From assembly GCA_963790025.1 (NCBI GenBank), contig CAWBMP010000004.1, positions 800,001 to 864,000 on the forward strand: a stretch of 64,000 nucleotides of DNA, given 5' to 3'. The translations under genes and the position numbers were made by a program. Of the stretch, positions 31,089 through 40,461 are shown one piece after another. The notes beneath the pieces were generated by a model. That model did no database searches and was not told the origin of the DNA. It worked only from the letters and a program-made list of their open reading frames with translations. The DNA comes from Nitrospirota bacterium. Its GTDB lineage: Bacteria; Nitrospirota; Thermodesulfovibrionia; Thermodesulfovibrionales; Dissulfurispiraceae. Each line of letters begins with the position of its first letter. Position 1 is the first letter of the stretch.

Positions 31089-31598
31089 ATGTCGGCCAAT
31101 CGGAATCTGATCAAGATTTTTGAATATGCCTTGAACCAGGAGGAAACAGGGAAGAGTTTTTTTCAGACCTCCCTGCAACGATTGGGGTGGGGCTCAGCCT
31201 CGACCGTCTTTACCCAATTGATCAAGGAAGAAGAGCATCATATCGTTTTTATAAATAATATTCTGGCGGGGCTCAAACAGGGAAGTCCCGACCAATTACA
31301 AATCGCGAAAGATATCAATCTGCAACCAACAAATTTTTTTGACGAGCGGGCCAAATCAGAATTTCTGGAACAGTTGCTGTATGAATCGATGGTGCCGGAC
31401 ATTACCGTTTTCAGCGTGGCCTGGCTGATTGAGAAGGATTTGAGTGAGTTCTATGAGAAGATGGCAAATCAAACGGAAGGGAAAGCCAAAGAAGCGCTTA
31501 AGATGCTTGCCGGATGGGAAAAAAGACATGAACTCTTCTTTCGGGAGTTTCGTGAAAAATTGAATGAAACCTATTCCAAAATGACCTGGGGAGGGTAA
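31089..31598 (+). CDS. ferritin-like / rubrerythrin-family protein
   Basis: ALNQEE..., EEEHH, IEK...FY, WEKRH diiron pattern. Confidence 0.85.
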   Translation: MSANRNLIKIFEYALNQEETGKSFFQTSLQRLGWGSASTVFTQLIKEEEHHIVFINNILAGLKQGSPDQLQIAKDINLQPTNFFDERAKSEFLEQLLYESMVPDITVFSVAWLIEKDLSEFYEKMANQTEGKAKEALKMLAGWEKRHELFFREFREKLNETYSKMTWGG

Positions 31599-31617
31599 AC
31601 CGGGCGGTTACCCTCCC
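31589..31617. terminator. hairpin between convergent ferritin-like genes
   Basis: GGGAGGGTAA / TTACCCTCCC 10-bp stem; no U tract. Confidence 0.45.
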
Positions 31618-31628
31618 TAGGTGTGATA

Positions 31629-32177
31629 TTATGCGGCTGTTCCTTTCATTGCAGCCTGTATCCCTTTGCTAAACTCCGTGGGAACAGTTGTTACTCTTCC
31701 TGCAAGCTCCCTGTCGAGCATCATGAGTCCATTGGGATCATCATTTATAATTTTCAACTGCGCGATGATTTCATTATCATTACTCTCCTCTTCGACCTGC
31801 TCCGTCACATACCATTGCAGAAATATTTGCGTGGCATGGTCCTTTTCTGAAAGAGCAAGTTCCACTAATTCATTAATGGACTTGGTAATAAACTGTTCAT
31901 GATCGAGCGTCCTTATAAAGGCATCCAGCGGAGATTTAAATTCTGATAGGGGCTCTTTCAATGATTTTAAAAGGGCCCTGCCTCCCTGGAGGTTCATGTA
32001 TTCATAAATTTTCATGGCATGCAGCATTTCTTCATGATATTGGACCATGAACCAGTTTGCAAAGCCTTTAAGCCCCTCGTGAGTGAAATGGGCAGACATC
32101 GACATATAAAGATAAGCTGAATACATTTCGCGGTTTATTTGCTCATTCAAAGCGTCTATCATTTTTTTACTTAGCAT
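31629..32177 (-). CDS. ftnA: non-heme ferritin
   Basis: LNEQINREMYSAYLY, EEMLHA, FLQWYVTEQVEEE. Confidence 0.93.
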   Translation of the reverse strand: MLSKKMIDALNEQINREMYSAYLYMSMSAHFTHEGLKGFANWFMVQYHEEMLHAMKIYEYMNLQGGRALLKSLKEPLSEFKSPLDAFIRTLDHEQFITKSINELVELALSEKDHATQIFLQWYVTEQVEEESNDNEIIAQLKIINDDPNGLMMLDRELAGRVTTVPTEFSKGIQAAMKGTAA

Positions 32178-32246
32178 AATCAATTTCCTCCACACCAATC
32201 CTTAATATAATCTATTATATCATAAGCGCCAAATAGTTACACATAG

Positions 32247-32415
32247 GGTAGTGGGTCAGTTTGTACTTGTTCCGGATCACCTGGGTTATCAGCAGGGGTA
32301 GGTAACGCCCTGCCCACATATCAAGAAAAGGCTGCCAAAGTAATCTTCGGTACGTACTAATGACTCGAAACGAAAAACTATTCGATCCAGAGCCAAAACA
32401 AACTGACCCACTACC
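32247..32415. mobile_element. 169-bp REP/MITE-like element with 18-bp terminal inverted repeats (copy 2)
   Basis: GGTAGTGGGTCAGTTTGT ... ACAAACTGACCCACTACC perfect inverted repeat; no evident coding capacity. Confidence 0.75.
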
Positions 32416-32542
32416 AATTTTTGACTGGTGAGGAGAAATAATTTGGCGTTGACCTGAAACCTCATTTGCACCGTATATAAAAGCCTTGTTATACTGTTAC
32501 AGTTTTTTTATCCCATGTTATTAAACGAGGTTACGGGTTCTT

Positions 32543-33535
32543 ATGTATAGGTCCAAATTATCAGGTGCAGCGTATCGAGGGGTGCTGTTTTTCGTTGGCG
32601 GCTTACTGGCAGCGCTATGCATTTTGCCGGGTTGCAGCCGTCCGGACCAGAATCGGGTGCAGGGGTATGTGGAAGGAGAGTTCGTTTACGTCGCTTCACC
32701 GCTGGCGGGCGCATTAGAGAAACTACATGTGCAGCGTGGAGATCAGGCGAAGGCGAACGACCTCCTTTTCACTCTGGATCGTGAGCCGGAAAAAGAGTCG
32801 AGGGACGAAGCTGAACGACGGCTTACGCAGGCCCGCTCGAATTTGGAGGATGCGAAGAAAGGCAAACGGCCCACAGAAATTGAATCAGCCGAAGCACAAT
32901 TGCAGCAGGCACAGGCAGCTCTGGTGCTTTCAGAGAAAGAACTGGCCCGGCAGGAAAAACTCCTGAGGACCGCAGCGTCTTCCATGCAGGACGTTGACCG
33001 CGCACGAGCGACCCGGGACCAGGACCGCCAACGGGTGGCCCAACTCGGGGCCGATCTGGTAACAGCCCATCTCGGCTCCCGCAGCGACCAGATCGCAGCT
33101 GCGGCAGCCAACATGAAGGCGACGGAAGCAACACTGGCCAGGGCGGAATGGGACCTCTCGCAAAAAAGCCAGGCCGCGCCGCAGGCCGGTTTGATTTATG
33201 ACACGCTCTACCGGCAGGGTGAATGGGTCAACGCAGGCCGTCCTGTCGTAGTGCTATTGCCCCCTCAGAATATCAAGGTCCGTGCGTTTGTGCCGGAAAC
33301 GCGAATAAGCGCAATTCACCAGGGCGACAAGGTCAAGGTCACCGTGGACGGCGTGCGCGAGTCGTTCATCGGGAAAGTAAGTTTCATATCGCCTCAGGCG
33401 GAATACACCCCTCCGGTGATTTATAGCCAAGAGAGCAGAGGCAAGCTGGTCTTCATGATAGAGGCGAGATTTGATCCCGAAACCTCGGCCAAATTGCATC
33501 CAGGTCAGCCGGTGGATGTGCAGTTCGGGTTCTGA
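32543..33535 (+). CDS. HlyD-family membrane fusion protein
   Basis: Lipobox LPGC, QGYVEGE, alpha hairpin, AEYTPPVIYS, LHPGQPV. Confidence 0.9.
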   Translation: MYRSKLSGAAYRGVLFFVGGLLAALCILPGCSRPDQNRVQGYVEGEFVYVASPLAGALEKLHVQRGDQAKANDLLFTLDREPEKESRDEAERRLTQARSNLEDAKKGKRPTEIESAEAQLQQAQAALVLSEKELARQEKLLRTAASSMQDVDRARATRDQDRQRVAQLGADLVTAHLGSRSDQIAAAAANMKATEATLARAEWDLSQKSQAAPQAGLIYDTLYRQGEWVNAGRPVVVLLPPQNIKVRAFVPETRISAIHQGDKVKVTVDGVRESFIGKVSFISPQAEYTPPVIYSQESRGKLVFMIEARFDPETSAKLHPGQPVDVQFGF

Positions 33536-33537
33536 GT

Positions 33538-34464
33538 ATGGCAAAGAACTTCGCCATCGATGTGCATGGAATGACCAAACGTTTCGGCGACTTGACAGCC
33601 GTCAATAATGTCGAACTGCAGGTGGGCACGGGTGAAATATGCGGCTTTCTTGGCCCGAACGGCAGCGGGAAAACAACGTTTATTCGCATGCTCTGCGGTC
33701 TCCTTCGGGCCGACGCAGGCAGCGGCATGTGCCTTGGCTATGACATTATCAGGGAGAGCGAAGAAATAAAACTGCAGGTCGGGTACATGACCCAGCGCTT
33801 CAGTTTTTACGAGGACCTGAGCATTTCAGAGAACCTTGATTTTGTTGCACGTATGTATTCCCTGCCCAATCGCCTTAAAGCCGTGGCCGAAAGCATCGAA
33901 CGGCTCGGCCTATCGGAACGGCGCAACCAACTTGCAGGCCAGCTTTCCGGAGGATGGAAACAGCGGCTCGCGCTTGCCGCATGCATGCTTCATGAACCAA
34001 AGCTCCTCCTTCTCGATGAACCAACCGCCGGCGTGGACCCCAAAGCGCGCCGTGAATTCTGGGAAGAGATCCATGAGCTTGCCGACCAGGGGCTTACATT
34101 CCTTATTGCCACGCATTATATGGATGAGGCCGAACGGTGCCATCGGCTTGCCTTCATTTCTTACGGCGACCTGCTCACTCACGGCACGGTCAGCGAGGTC
34201 ATAGCTCAAGCCCATCTTTCGACCTGGTCGGTCAGCGGACCGGATTTGCTCAAGCTGGCCGGGGAATTGCGAGCACGTCACGGCGTAGAGCAGGCCGTTG
34301 TTTTCGGTAGCACTCTTCATGTAAGTGGCGACGACCGTGCTGCGCTCGAACAGGCCATAGATCCATTCCGCACCGTACAATACAATTGGCGCAGTGTCGA
34401 TTCAAGTCTTGAGGACGTTTTCATCCACCTCATGGACGGATCGAGGGAACGGTCATCGTCGTGA
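33538..34464 (+). CDS. ABC-2 exporter ATP-binding protein
   Basis: GPNGSGKTT, LSGGWKQR, LLDEPTAG. Confidence 0.93.
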   Translation: MAKNFAIDVHGMTKRFGDLTAVNNVELQVGTGEICGFLGPNGSGKTTFIRMLCGLLRADAGSGMCLGYDIIRESEEIKLQVGYMTQRFSFYEDLSISENLDFVARMYSLPNRLKAVAESIERLGLSERRNQLAGQLSGGWKQRLALAACMLHEPKLLLLDEPTAGVDPKARREFWEEIHELADQGLTFLIATHYMDEAERCHRLAFISYGDLLTHGTVSEVIAQAHLSTWSVSGPDLLKLAGELRARHGVEQAVVFGSTLHVSGDDRAALEQAIDPFRTVQYNWRSVDSSLEDVFIHLMDGSRERSSS

Positions 34465-35603
34465 CACGGAAGCTCAGGATTTCACCCGCGCGATTTTGGG
34501 CCATGGTCGTTAAGGAGTTTATCCAGATGCGCCGTGACCGGGTGACCTTCGCCATTATGATCGTTATCCCGCTGATCCAGCTGACGCTTTTCGGCTTTGC
34601 GATCAATGCGGACCCCAAGCACCTTCCTGCCGCCGTACTCCTGGCCGACAACGGCCCGCAGGCCAGGACCATACTTTACGGTCTTAAGAATAGCGATTAC
34701 TTTGATTTCGTCCGGCAGGTAAAGACCGAATCTGAAGGGCGCGACGTGCTTGCACGCGGCGAAGTCCAGTTCGTCATAAACATTCCGAAGAATTTCAGCC
34801 GAGATCTCCTTCGCGGCGACAGGCCCGCAATTCTGATCGAGGCCGATGCGACCGATCCTATTGCCACCGGTAATTCCCTGGGCGCTCTGCGTACCCTGCT
34901 TGACTCTTCTTTGCAAAATGATCTAAAAGGTCCGTTATCGTTCCTCTCAGGGACTAACGGCCCGGTTGATCTGCGCGTCCATGCCCTTTATAATCCCGAG
35001 GTCATCACGCAATATAACATCGTGCCCGGACTGATGGGCGTTGTCCTCCAGATGACAATGGTCATGGTAACAGCACTCGCCATCACCCGCGAGTTGGAGA
35101 GCGGGACCATGGAAAATCTTCTCTCCATGCCCACGCGGCCGATCGAGGTACTTATAGGCAAGATCGTTCCATATATCCTCGTCGGCTACATTCAGTTGAC
35201 CCTCATTCTTGCCGCAGGCCACTTCATTTTTCATGTTCCGATGTTCGGGAATCTATTCCTGTTACTTCTAGTTGCACTTGTTTTCATCATCGCAAACCTT
35301 GCCATGGGCGTCACCTTTTCCACTCTGGCCACAAACCAGCGCCAGGCCATGCAGATGTCGTTTTTTTTCTTTTTGCCGTCACTGCTGCTGTCAGGCTTTA
35401 TGTTTCCCTTCCGCGGCATGCCCCGCTGGGCCCAGGCACTTGGAGAAATCTTTCCGCTCACCCATTTTCTGCGCATCGCCCGCGGCATCGTACTCAAAGG
35501 CAACGGCATGGGAGATGTCGTACCTCAGCTTTGGCAAATTGTCCTGTTTGCAGTAGTCGCGGTGACAGTCGGCGTAAAGCGCTACCGGAGGACACTGGAT
35601 TGA
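34461..35603 (+). CDS. ABC-2 exporter permease (YbhR/YbhS-like)
   Basis: KEFIQMRRD, RELESGTME, LSGFMFP. Confidence 0.9.
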   Translation: MTRKLRISPARFWAMVVKEFIQMRRDRVTFAIMIVIPLIQLTLFGFAINADPKHLPAAVLLADNGPQARTILYGLKNSDYFDFVRQVKTESEGRDVLARGEVQFVINIPKNFSRDLLRGDRPAILIEADATDPIATGNSLGALRTLLDSSLQNDLKGPLSFLSGTNGPVDLRVHALYNPEVITQYNIVPGLMGVVLQMTMVMVTALAITRELESGTMENLLSMPTRPIEVLIGKIVPYILVGYIQLTLILAAGHFIFHVPMFGNLFLLLLVALVFIIANLAMGVTFSTLATNQRQAMQMSFFFFLPSLLLSGFMFPFRGMPRWAQALGEIFPLTHFLRIARGIVLKGNGMGDVVPQLWQIVLFAVVAVTVGVKRYRRTLD

Positions 35604-35612
35604 CAATAATTG

Positions 35613-35753
35613 AACCCACAGAGCACACAGAGAAAATGATTAATTTAAAGAACAAGACTCAAAGACTTAGAGTAACCAGAGAAAAAACTCTGAGCTCTCT
35701 ATGGCTTTGTTTTTTGACGCTACAGGGAAGAATCTCTGTGCACTCTGTGGTTT
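35613..35753. repeat. 9-mer periodic nested inverted repeat
   Basis: CCACAGAGCACACAGAG versus CTCTGTGCACTCTGTGG (15/17 complementary), with an inner imperfect stem. Confidence 0.7.
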
Positions 35754-37168
35754 TAGGTGTTTTACAATGCTCGGTACTTTTGATGCTTTGCTCTTGCGCC
35801 GTCGGGCCAAACTATGAAAGGCCCGATGTAAAGGACCTCACTCCAACGGACTGGCACTGGAAAATTGCAGAGCCAAAGGATGCGATTGCCAAAGGGCAAT
35901 GGTGGACGATTTTCAAAGATCCGGTCCTTGATGAACTGGAAACCGGCGCTGTTGCCAACAATCAAAATCTTCGCGCTGCAGTGGCCCGCGTAGATGAAGC
36001 ACGTGCTGCGGCAAGGCTGAGTCGCAGCCAGTTTTTTCCGGAGCTGTCTCTCAATCCTTCATACAGCCGGCAGCGGACTTCTGCTAACCAGCCGATTGCT
36101 TTCCCGATCCCGCCGCAGTTCAAGTTGACCTCCTTGACCCTGAATTCCTTCAATGCACCATTCGATTTGAGTTATGAAGTCGACCTGTGGGGCCAGGTCC
36201 GCCGCTCTTTGGAATCTGCTCAGGCCCAGGCCCAGGCCAGCCTTGCCGATTATCAAAATGTGCTCCTCACGCTCATTTCCGATGTTGCGGTGAATTATTT
36301 CGCGGCCAGGTCATTTGATGCCGAAATTGCCATATTACGGCGAACTATAGATCTGCGCGATGAATCCGCCCACATTTTGACTGACCGTTTTATCATCGGC
36401 ACTGTTTCAGAAAGCGATCTCGCCCAGGCAAAAACCGAACTTGCGAATGCCAGGGCGGATTTGGCAGATACAATTCGCCAGCGCGCCGAAACCCTCAATG
36501 CCATCGCACTCCTTTGCGGCAAACCCGCAAGTTCATTCGAAATCCGCGAAAACCCGCTGACATCTTCGCCGCCTATTGTCCCGGCAGGACTGCCATCATC
36601 GCTTCTCGAACGGAGGCCGGACATTGCAAGGGCTGAAAGAAACCTGGCTTCAAAAAACGAACAAATAGGGGTCGCGACGGCTGCCTACTTTCCAGTCCTT
36701 CACCTGACGGGGCAGGCCGGATATCTGAGCAACAAAGTGGATAGCCTGTTTGCGGATGCCAGCCGGATCTGGTCGTTTGGGCCTGGCGTCAGCCTGCCGT
36801 TGTTTACCGGAGGACGCATTGCCGCCGGGGTCGATCAGGCAAATGCATCTTACCGGGAATCTCTTGCCGATTACCGGCAAACCGTGCTCACAGCTTTTAA
36901 AGAGGTTGAGGATTCTCTGGCGCAAATTGCCCTCAGAAATGAACAAGCCGCTGCCGAGAACGAGGCCCTTGCCTCAGCGGAACGCGTATATGAACTGGCA
37001 AAAGCACGATACGAGGCGGGTGCAATCAGCCATTTTGAACTGGTGGATGCCGAAAGAAACAAGCTTCAGTACGAACGCCTGAAAGTGCAGATAGAAGGCC
37101 AACGTTTCGCCGCCAGCGTACGGCTGATCAAAGCACTGGGGGGCGGATGGGAAGGAGAAGGACAATAG
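35636..37168 (+). CDS. NodT/OprM-type outer membrane efflux lipoprotein (start uncertain)
   Basis: Lipobox LCSC-AVGP, WW..FKDPVL, LLERRPDI, LIKALGGGW. Confidence 0.9.
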   Translation: MINLKNKTQRLRVTREKTLSSLWLCFLTLQGRISVHSVVLGVLQCSVLLMLCSCAVGPNYERPDVKDLTPTDWHWKIAEPKDAIAKGQWWTIFKDPVLDELETGAVANNQNLRAAVARVDEARAAARLSRSQFFPELSLNPSYSRQRTSANQPIAFPIPPQFKLTSLTLNSFNAPFDLSYEVDLWGQVRRSLESAQAQAQASLADYQNVLLTLISDVAVNYFAARSFDAEIAILRRTIDLRDESAHILTDRFIIGTVSESDLAQAKTELANARADLADTIRQRAETLNAIALLCGKPASSFEIRENPLTSSPPIVPAGLPSSLLERRPDIARAERNLASKNEQIGVATAAYFPVLHLTGQAGYLSNKVDSLFADASRIWSFGPGVSLPLFTGGRIAAGVDQANASYRESLADYRQTVLTAFKEVEDSLAQIALRNEQAAAENEALASAERVYELAKARYEAGAISHFELVDAERNKLQYERLKVQIEGQRFAASVRLIKALGGGWEGEGQ

Positions 37169-37182
37169 TGGAGAGGGAGAAT

Positions 37183-37767
37183 ATGAAACTGAAAATTGGT
37201 GTCATGGGATCAGCAACCGAAAGCTTTTCGAAAAGCTATAATAAGACCGCTTACAAACTCGGACATGCCATAGCTCAAAACAACTGCATTACAATTACAG
37301 GGGCCTGCCCTGGCCTGCCTCTTGAAGCTGCAAAAGGGGCACATGAGGCAGGCGGTCTCGTAGTGGGTATTTCGCCGGCTTTGAGCGAATGGGAACACGT
37401 AAACCAATTTAATTCGCCCCTGGAATACCATGACATCCTCATATTTACGGGAAGCGGACTTATGGGAAGAGAGGTGGTAAATATACGGACCTCTGACATA
37501 GTGATCATTCTGGGTGGCCGTTCAGGCACCCTCGGCGAGTTCTCTATCGCTTACGACGAGGGCAAATTGATAGGAGTTCTTCAAGGCACCGGAGGTATTA
37601 CCTCTGCATTAAAGGATATAGTTAAAATAATAAAAAAGAGGACCGGTACCCATATCATGTATGATAAAGATCCCCTGGTCCTCGTCAAAAGTCTTATTTA
37701 TTATTTCAGGAAAGAGCACTACAAACATCCTAGTGTTCATCACGCCTTGGATCTGGACAATAAATAG
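37183..37767 (+). CDS. LOG/SLOG family nucleotide-binding protein
   Basis: IGVMGS, TGACPGLP, GGRSGTLGEF. Confidence 0.82.
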   Translation: MKLKIGVMGSATESFSKSYNKTAYKLGHAIAQNNCITITGACPGLPLEAAKGAHEAGGLVVGISPALSEWEHVNQFNSPLEYHDILIFTGSGLMGREVVNIRTSDIVIILGGRSGTLGEFSIAYDEGKLIGVLQGTGGITSALKDIVKIIKKRTGTHIMYDKDPLVLVKSLIYYFRKEHYKHPSVHHALDLDNK

Positions 37768-37836
37768 AAAACCTTTGGGTATAAAGTCGACACAGGAGCG
37801 GCCCTATAATGTGCTATTAAAAAGTCGAATATAGAC

Positions 37837-38673
37837 ATGGAAAAGTTTATGCCTTTTGCGATGTCCTTTAATCCCGTAACAAAGTATACCACAGAAGATA
37901 TATGGTTCATTTTCCGTGGAGATAAATTGTTGGTCAAGCCAGCTGTGACCGGCGTTGATATTCCCAAATCAGAAGATATAACGAGGTTAAATCGGAATAT
38001 AACCGGGATGCACTACTACATTGGAGCGTTCTACGGGGCCAAATGTTTTGCGGCTGAAATAGACGGGGATGCGGGTGATCTTAAAGGGATGTTTTTTTAT
38101 GAATTGCGTCAGGTTTTGGGCCTCCTTGATGAGGACCTTTTCCACGTTGCAGGCAGGGCTTTTCAAATTCTCCATTGGGAACGCACCCATCAATTTTGCG
38201 GCAGATGTGGAAGCCGCACCGTACCAAAAGATGAAGAAAGGGCAAAGGCATGTCCGCAGTGCGGTCTTATAATTTACCCGGAAATATTTCCGGCAATCAT
38301 AGTGGCTGTGATTAGAGGACAGAAGATACTTCTCGCCCAATCTCATCGTTTCCGGGGGGTATTTTATAGTGTATTGGCAGGCTTTGTGGAACCCGGTGAA
38401 ACCTTTGAAGAGACTGTGAGAAGAGAAGTGAGGGAAGAGGTGGCAATCGAGGTCAAAAATATACATTACTTCGGAAGCCAGCCCTGGCCGTTTCCCAATT
38501 CGTTAATGGTCGGTTTTACAGCTGACTACGACAGTGGGAAAATTAAGATTGACGAGTCCGAAATTGCAGAGGCCAGGTGGTTTTCGTCAAATAATCTGCC
38601 ACCCCTGCCGCGTAAGGGTACTATTGCGCGCAGGCTTATAGATTACTTTAAAGAAAGGGCGAAGCAACAATAG
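37837..38673 (+). CDS. nudC: NAD(+)/NADH diphosphatase
   Basis: FCGRCG..CPQC zinc ribbon, Nudix box, SQPWPFPNS. Confidence 0.95.
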   Translation: MEKFMPFAMSFNPVTKYTTEDIWFIFRGDKLLVKPAVTGVDIPKSEDITRLNRNITGMHYYIGAFYGAKCFAAEIDGDAGDLKGMFFYELRQVLGLLDEDLFHVAGRAFQILHWERTHQFCGRCGSRTVPKDEERAKACPQCGLIIYPEIFPAIIVAVIRGQKILLAQSHRFRGVFYSVLAGFVEPGETFEETVRREVREEVAIEVKNIHYFGSQPWPFPNSLMVGFTADYDSGKIKIDESEIAEARWFSSNNLPPLPRKGTIARRLIDYFKERAKQQ

Positions 38674-38744
38674 AGATGATTGAATGGGCTGCAGTCTTCT
38701 TGTCATCAGACCACCAGAAGTCTCGGAACGGAAATACGCCACCC

Positions 38745-38921
38745 TCTTTCATGGTCGCAAACTGATGTTCGAGAGCTTTCGGGTCTTTCGACCGCAATTC
38801 GCTCATTTGTGAAAACATGGGATCCGGAAAAATGTCTTCCTGCCCGCGACGATGCCGTTTAAAATTTTTCCATAGGTACCTGCTGACTGGCTTTAGGCAT
38901 GTCAAGGTTACGGTTCATGTC
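38745..38921 (-). pseudogene. degraded C-terminal fragment of an SDR oxidoreductase
   Basis: Across two frameshifts reads DMNRNLDMPKAS / KILNGIVAG / QEDIFPDPM..KDPKALEHQFA, resembling an SDR C-terminus; no N-terminal part seen. Confidence 0.55.
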
Positions 38922-38999
38922 CCTTCACATCTGCTTGTATTTTCTGCATATCTCTTATCACAAGAGTAATTTATTGTGCTACTCTTATAATTTCTAATT

Positions 39000-39018
39000 G
39001 ACAATAATATTTATTATA
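39000..39018 (+). promoter_or_regulatory. Fur/PerR-like box overlapping a TTGACA promoter
   Basis: GACAATAATATTTATTATA matches the Fur consensus at 14/19 positions; upstream of desulforedoxin. Confidence 0.45.
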
Positions 39019-39193
39019 TGATATTAATTATTGGTAATAAATTTTCTTGCTTGGCTTAAAAAACAGAACTGCAGGGCGTTAGGAAGCTATGGATAAGTCG
39101 ACAGTCATTCTGAATTCGGAAAGGACTTTGCAAAAAAAATAATTAATAGTATGACTCAAAATTCGTATGAATAAAAGAAAGGAGGGAGATAAG

Positions 39194-39310
39194 ATGGCAA
39201 AACAAGGAGCACATTACAGTTGTAACATCTGCGGGAATGAGGTACAGGTTATAAAAGAAGGAGCTGGCACCCTCGTCTGCTGCGGACAACCGATGAAGCA
39301 GATGGGCTGA
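39194..39310 (+). CDS. desulforedoxin (38 aa)
   Basis: Below ORF-track cutoff: [38 protein letters not shown]; CxxC...CC motif; GGAGG RBS. Confidence 0.92.
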   Translation: MAKQGAHYSCNICGNEVQVIKEGAGTLVCCGQPMKQMG

Positions 39311-39342
39311 CAATTAACCGAATAAAACAAAAAGGAAAGATT

Positions 39343-39558
39343 ATGAAAAAAGTGCTAGTTGCATACTACAGCAGAACAGGCATGACAGAAAAGATGGCAG
39401 AAAATATTGCCGAGGGCATACGTTTCAGCGGCAATGATGTCGTAATTAAAAAAATCTCCGATCTGAAATCAGAAAAGGATTTCGCGATGAGTATTTTTGA
39501 GGGTGTGGCCTCTCTTTTTTCAGCGGCCATTCCCTGTCTTACCTTGTTCACTGGATAG
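39343..39558 (+). pseudogene. truncated flavodoxin
   Basis: VLVAYYSRTGMTEKMAENIAEG flavodoxin N-terminus; resemblance ends after about 47 aa. Confidence 0.75.
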
Positions 39559-39815
39559 CTTTGAAACAGTTTCTCTAGTGTTGATTTTCAAAATAACCCG
39601 ACGGGGTTGACCAAGTTGCGGCTTATATTTGTTTTCAAAAATAATCGAAACCCGGATTTTGGCACTTTCTTTCGGAAATCCCTCCCATTTGCAGCCTTTT
39701 GAACCTATCGCTAATTCAGTTAAATAGGAATCGGGGAGCGGGTGTTTTTTGGTTTGCGGGCAGAAGCGGGGCCGGAATGGGTAAAGCTTATCTGATAATG
39801 TGGTATCATTTAACA

Positions 39816-40451
39816 ATGATTGAATGGACTGTATACATAAAGATATTCACCACCCTGCTGGCGATAGTAAACCCGCTTGGGGTGATTCCGATCTTTGTCA
39901 GCCTTACGAGTGATCTGGCTGATCAGCAGCGTAAGCGAATTGCGCGCACTACAAGTACAGCCGTTGCCGTAATCCTGATCGTGGCCACCCTGTTTGGCAA
40001 GCCGCTGCTTAATTTTTTCGGTGTCAGTATTGCCTCATTCAAGGTCGGCGGCGGGATTCTCTTAATGCTGATGGCTGTCGACATGATGCAGGCCAAATAT
40101 ACACAAGGCAAACAAACCCCTGAAGAGGCAAAAGAAGCCGAGGAGAAGGAGAGCATTGCCGTAGTGCCGATTGCCATGCCGCTATTGGCGGGTCCGGGCG
40201 CAATATCCAGTGTAATAATATACGCTGATCAGGCATTTCAGCCGTTGCATATTAGTCTGATAATCGTCAGCAGCGTGCTGGTTGCGCTGTTAACATTGGG
40301 CGCACTGAGTATCGCTAACCCGGTAAGCAAAGCGCTGAAAAAAACGGGGATCAATATTGCAACGCGTCTGATGGGCCTCCTGCTGGCGGCCATTGCAATA
40401 GAATTTATTACCGGCGGCTTGGTCCATCTGCTTCCGGGACTGGCAAAATAG
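39816..40451 (+). CDS. MarC/NAAT family membrane protein
   Basis: VNPLG, FKVGGG, PIAMPLLAGPGAIS, RLMGLLL. Confidence 0.92.
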   Translation: MIEWTVYIKIFTTLLAIVNPLGVIPIFVSLTSDLADQQRKRIARTTSTAVAVILIVATLFGKPLLNFFGVSIASFKVGGGILLMLMAVDMMQAKYTQGKQTPEEAKEAEEKESIAVVPIAMPLLAGPGAISSVIIYADQAFQPLHISLIIVSSVLVALLTLGALSIANPVSKALKKTGINIATRLMGLLLAAIAIEFITGGLVHLLPGLAK

Positions 40452-40461
40452 ACCTGTTGGG

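Noticed and set aside
32205..32220. PerR-like palindrome ATATAATCTATTATAT before ferritin
   Set aside because: 7-2-7 spacing in AT-rich DNA overlapping the -10 element; chance cannot be excluded.
39520..39816. 98-aa minus-strand ORF after the truncated flavodoxin
   Set aside because: No recognisable motif or RBS; overlaps the marC promoter.
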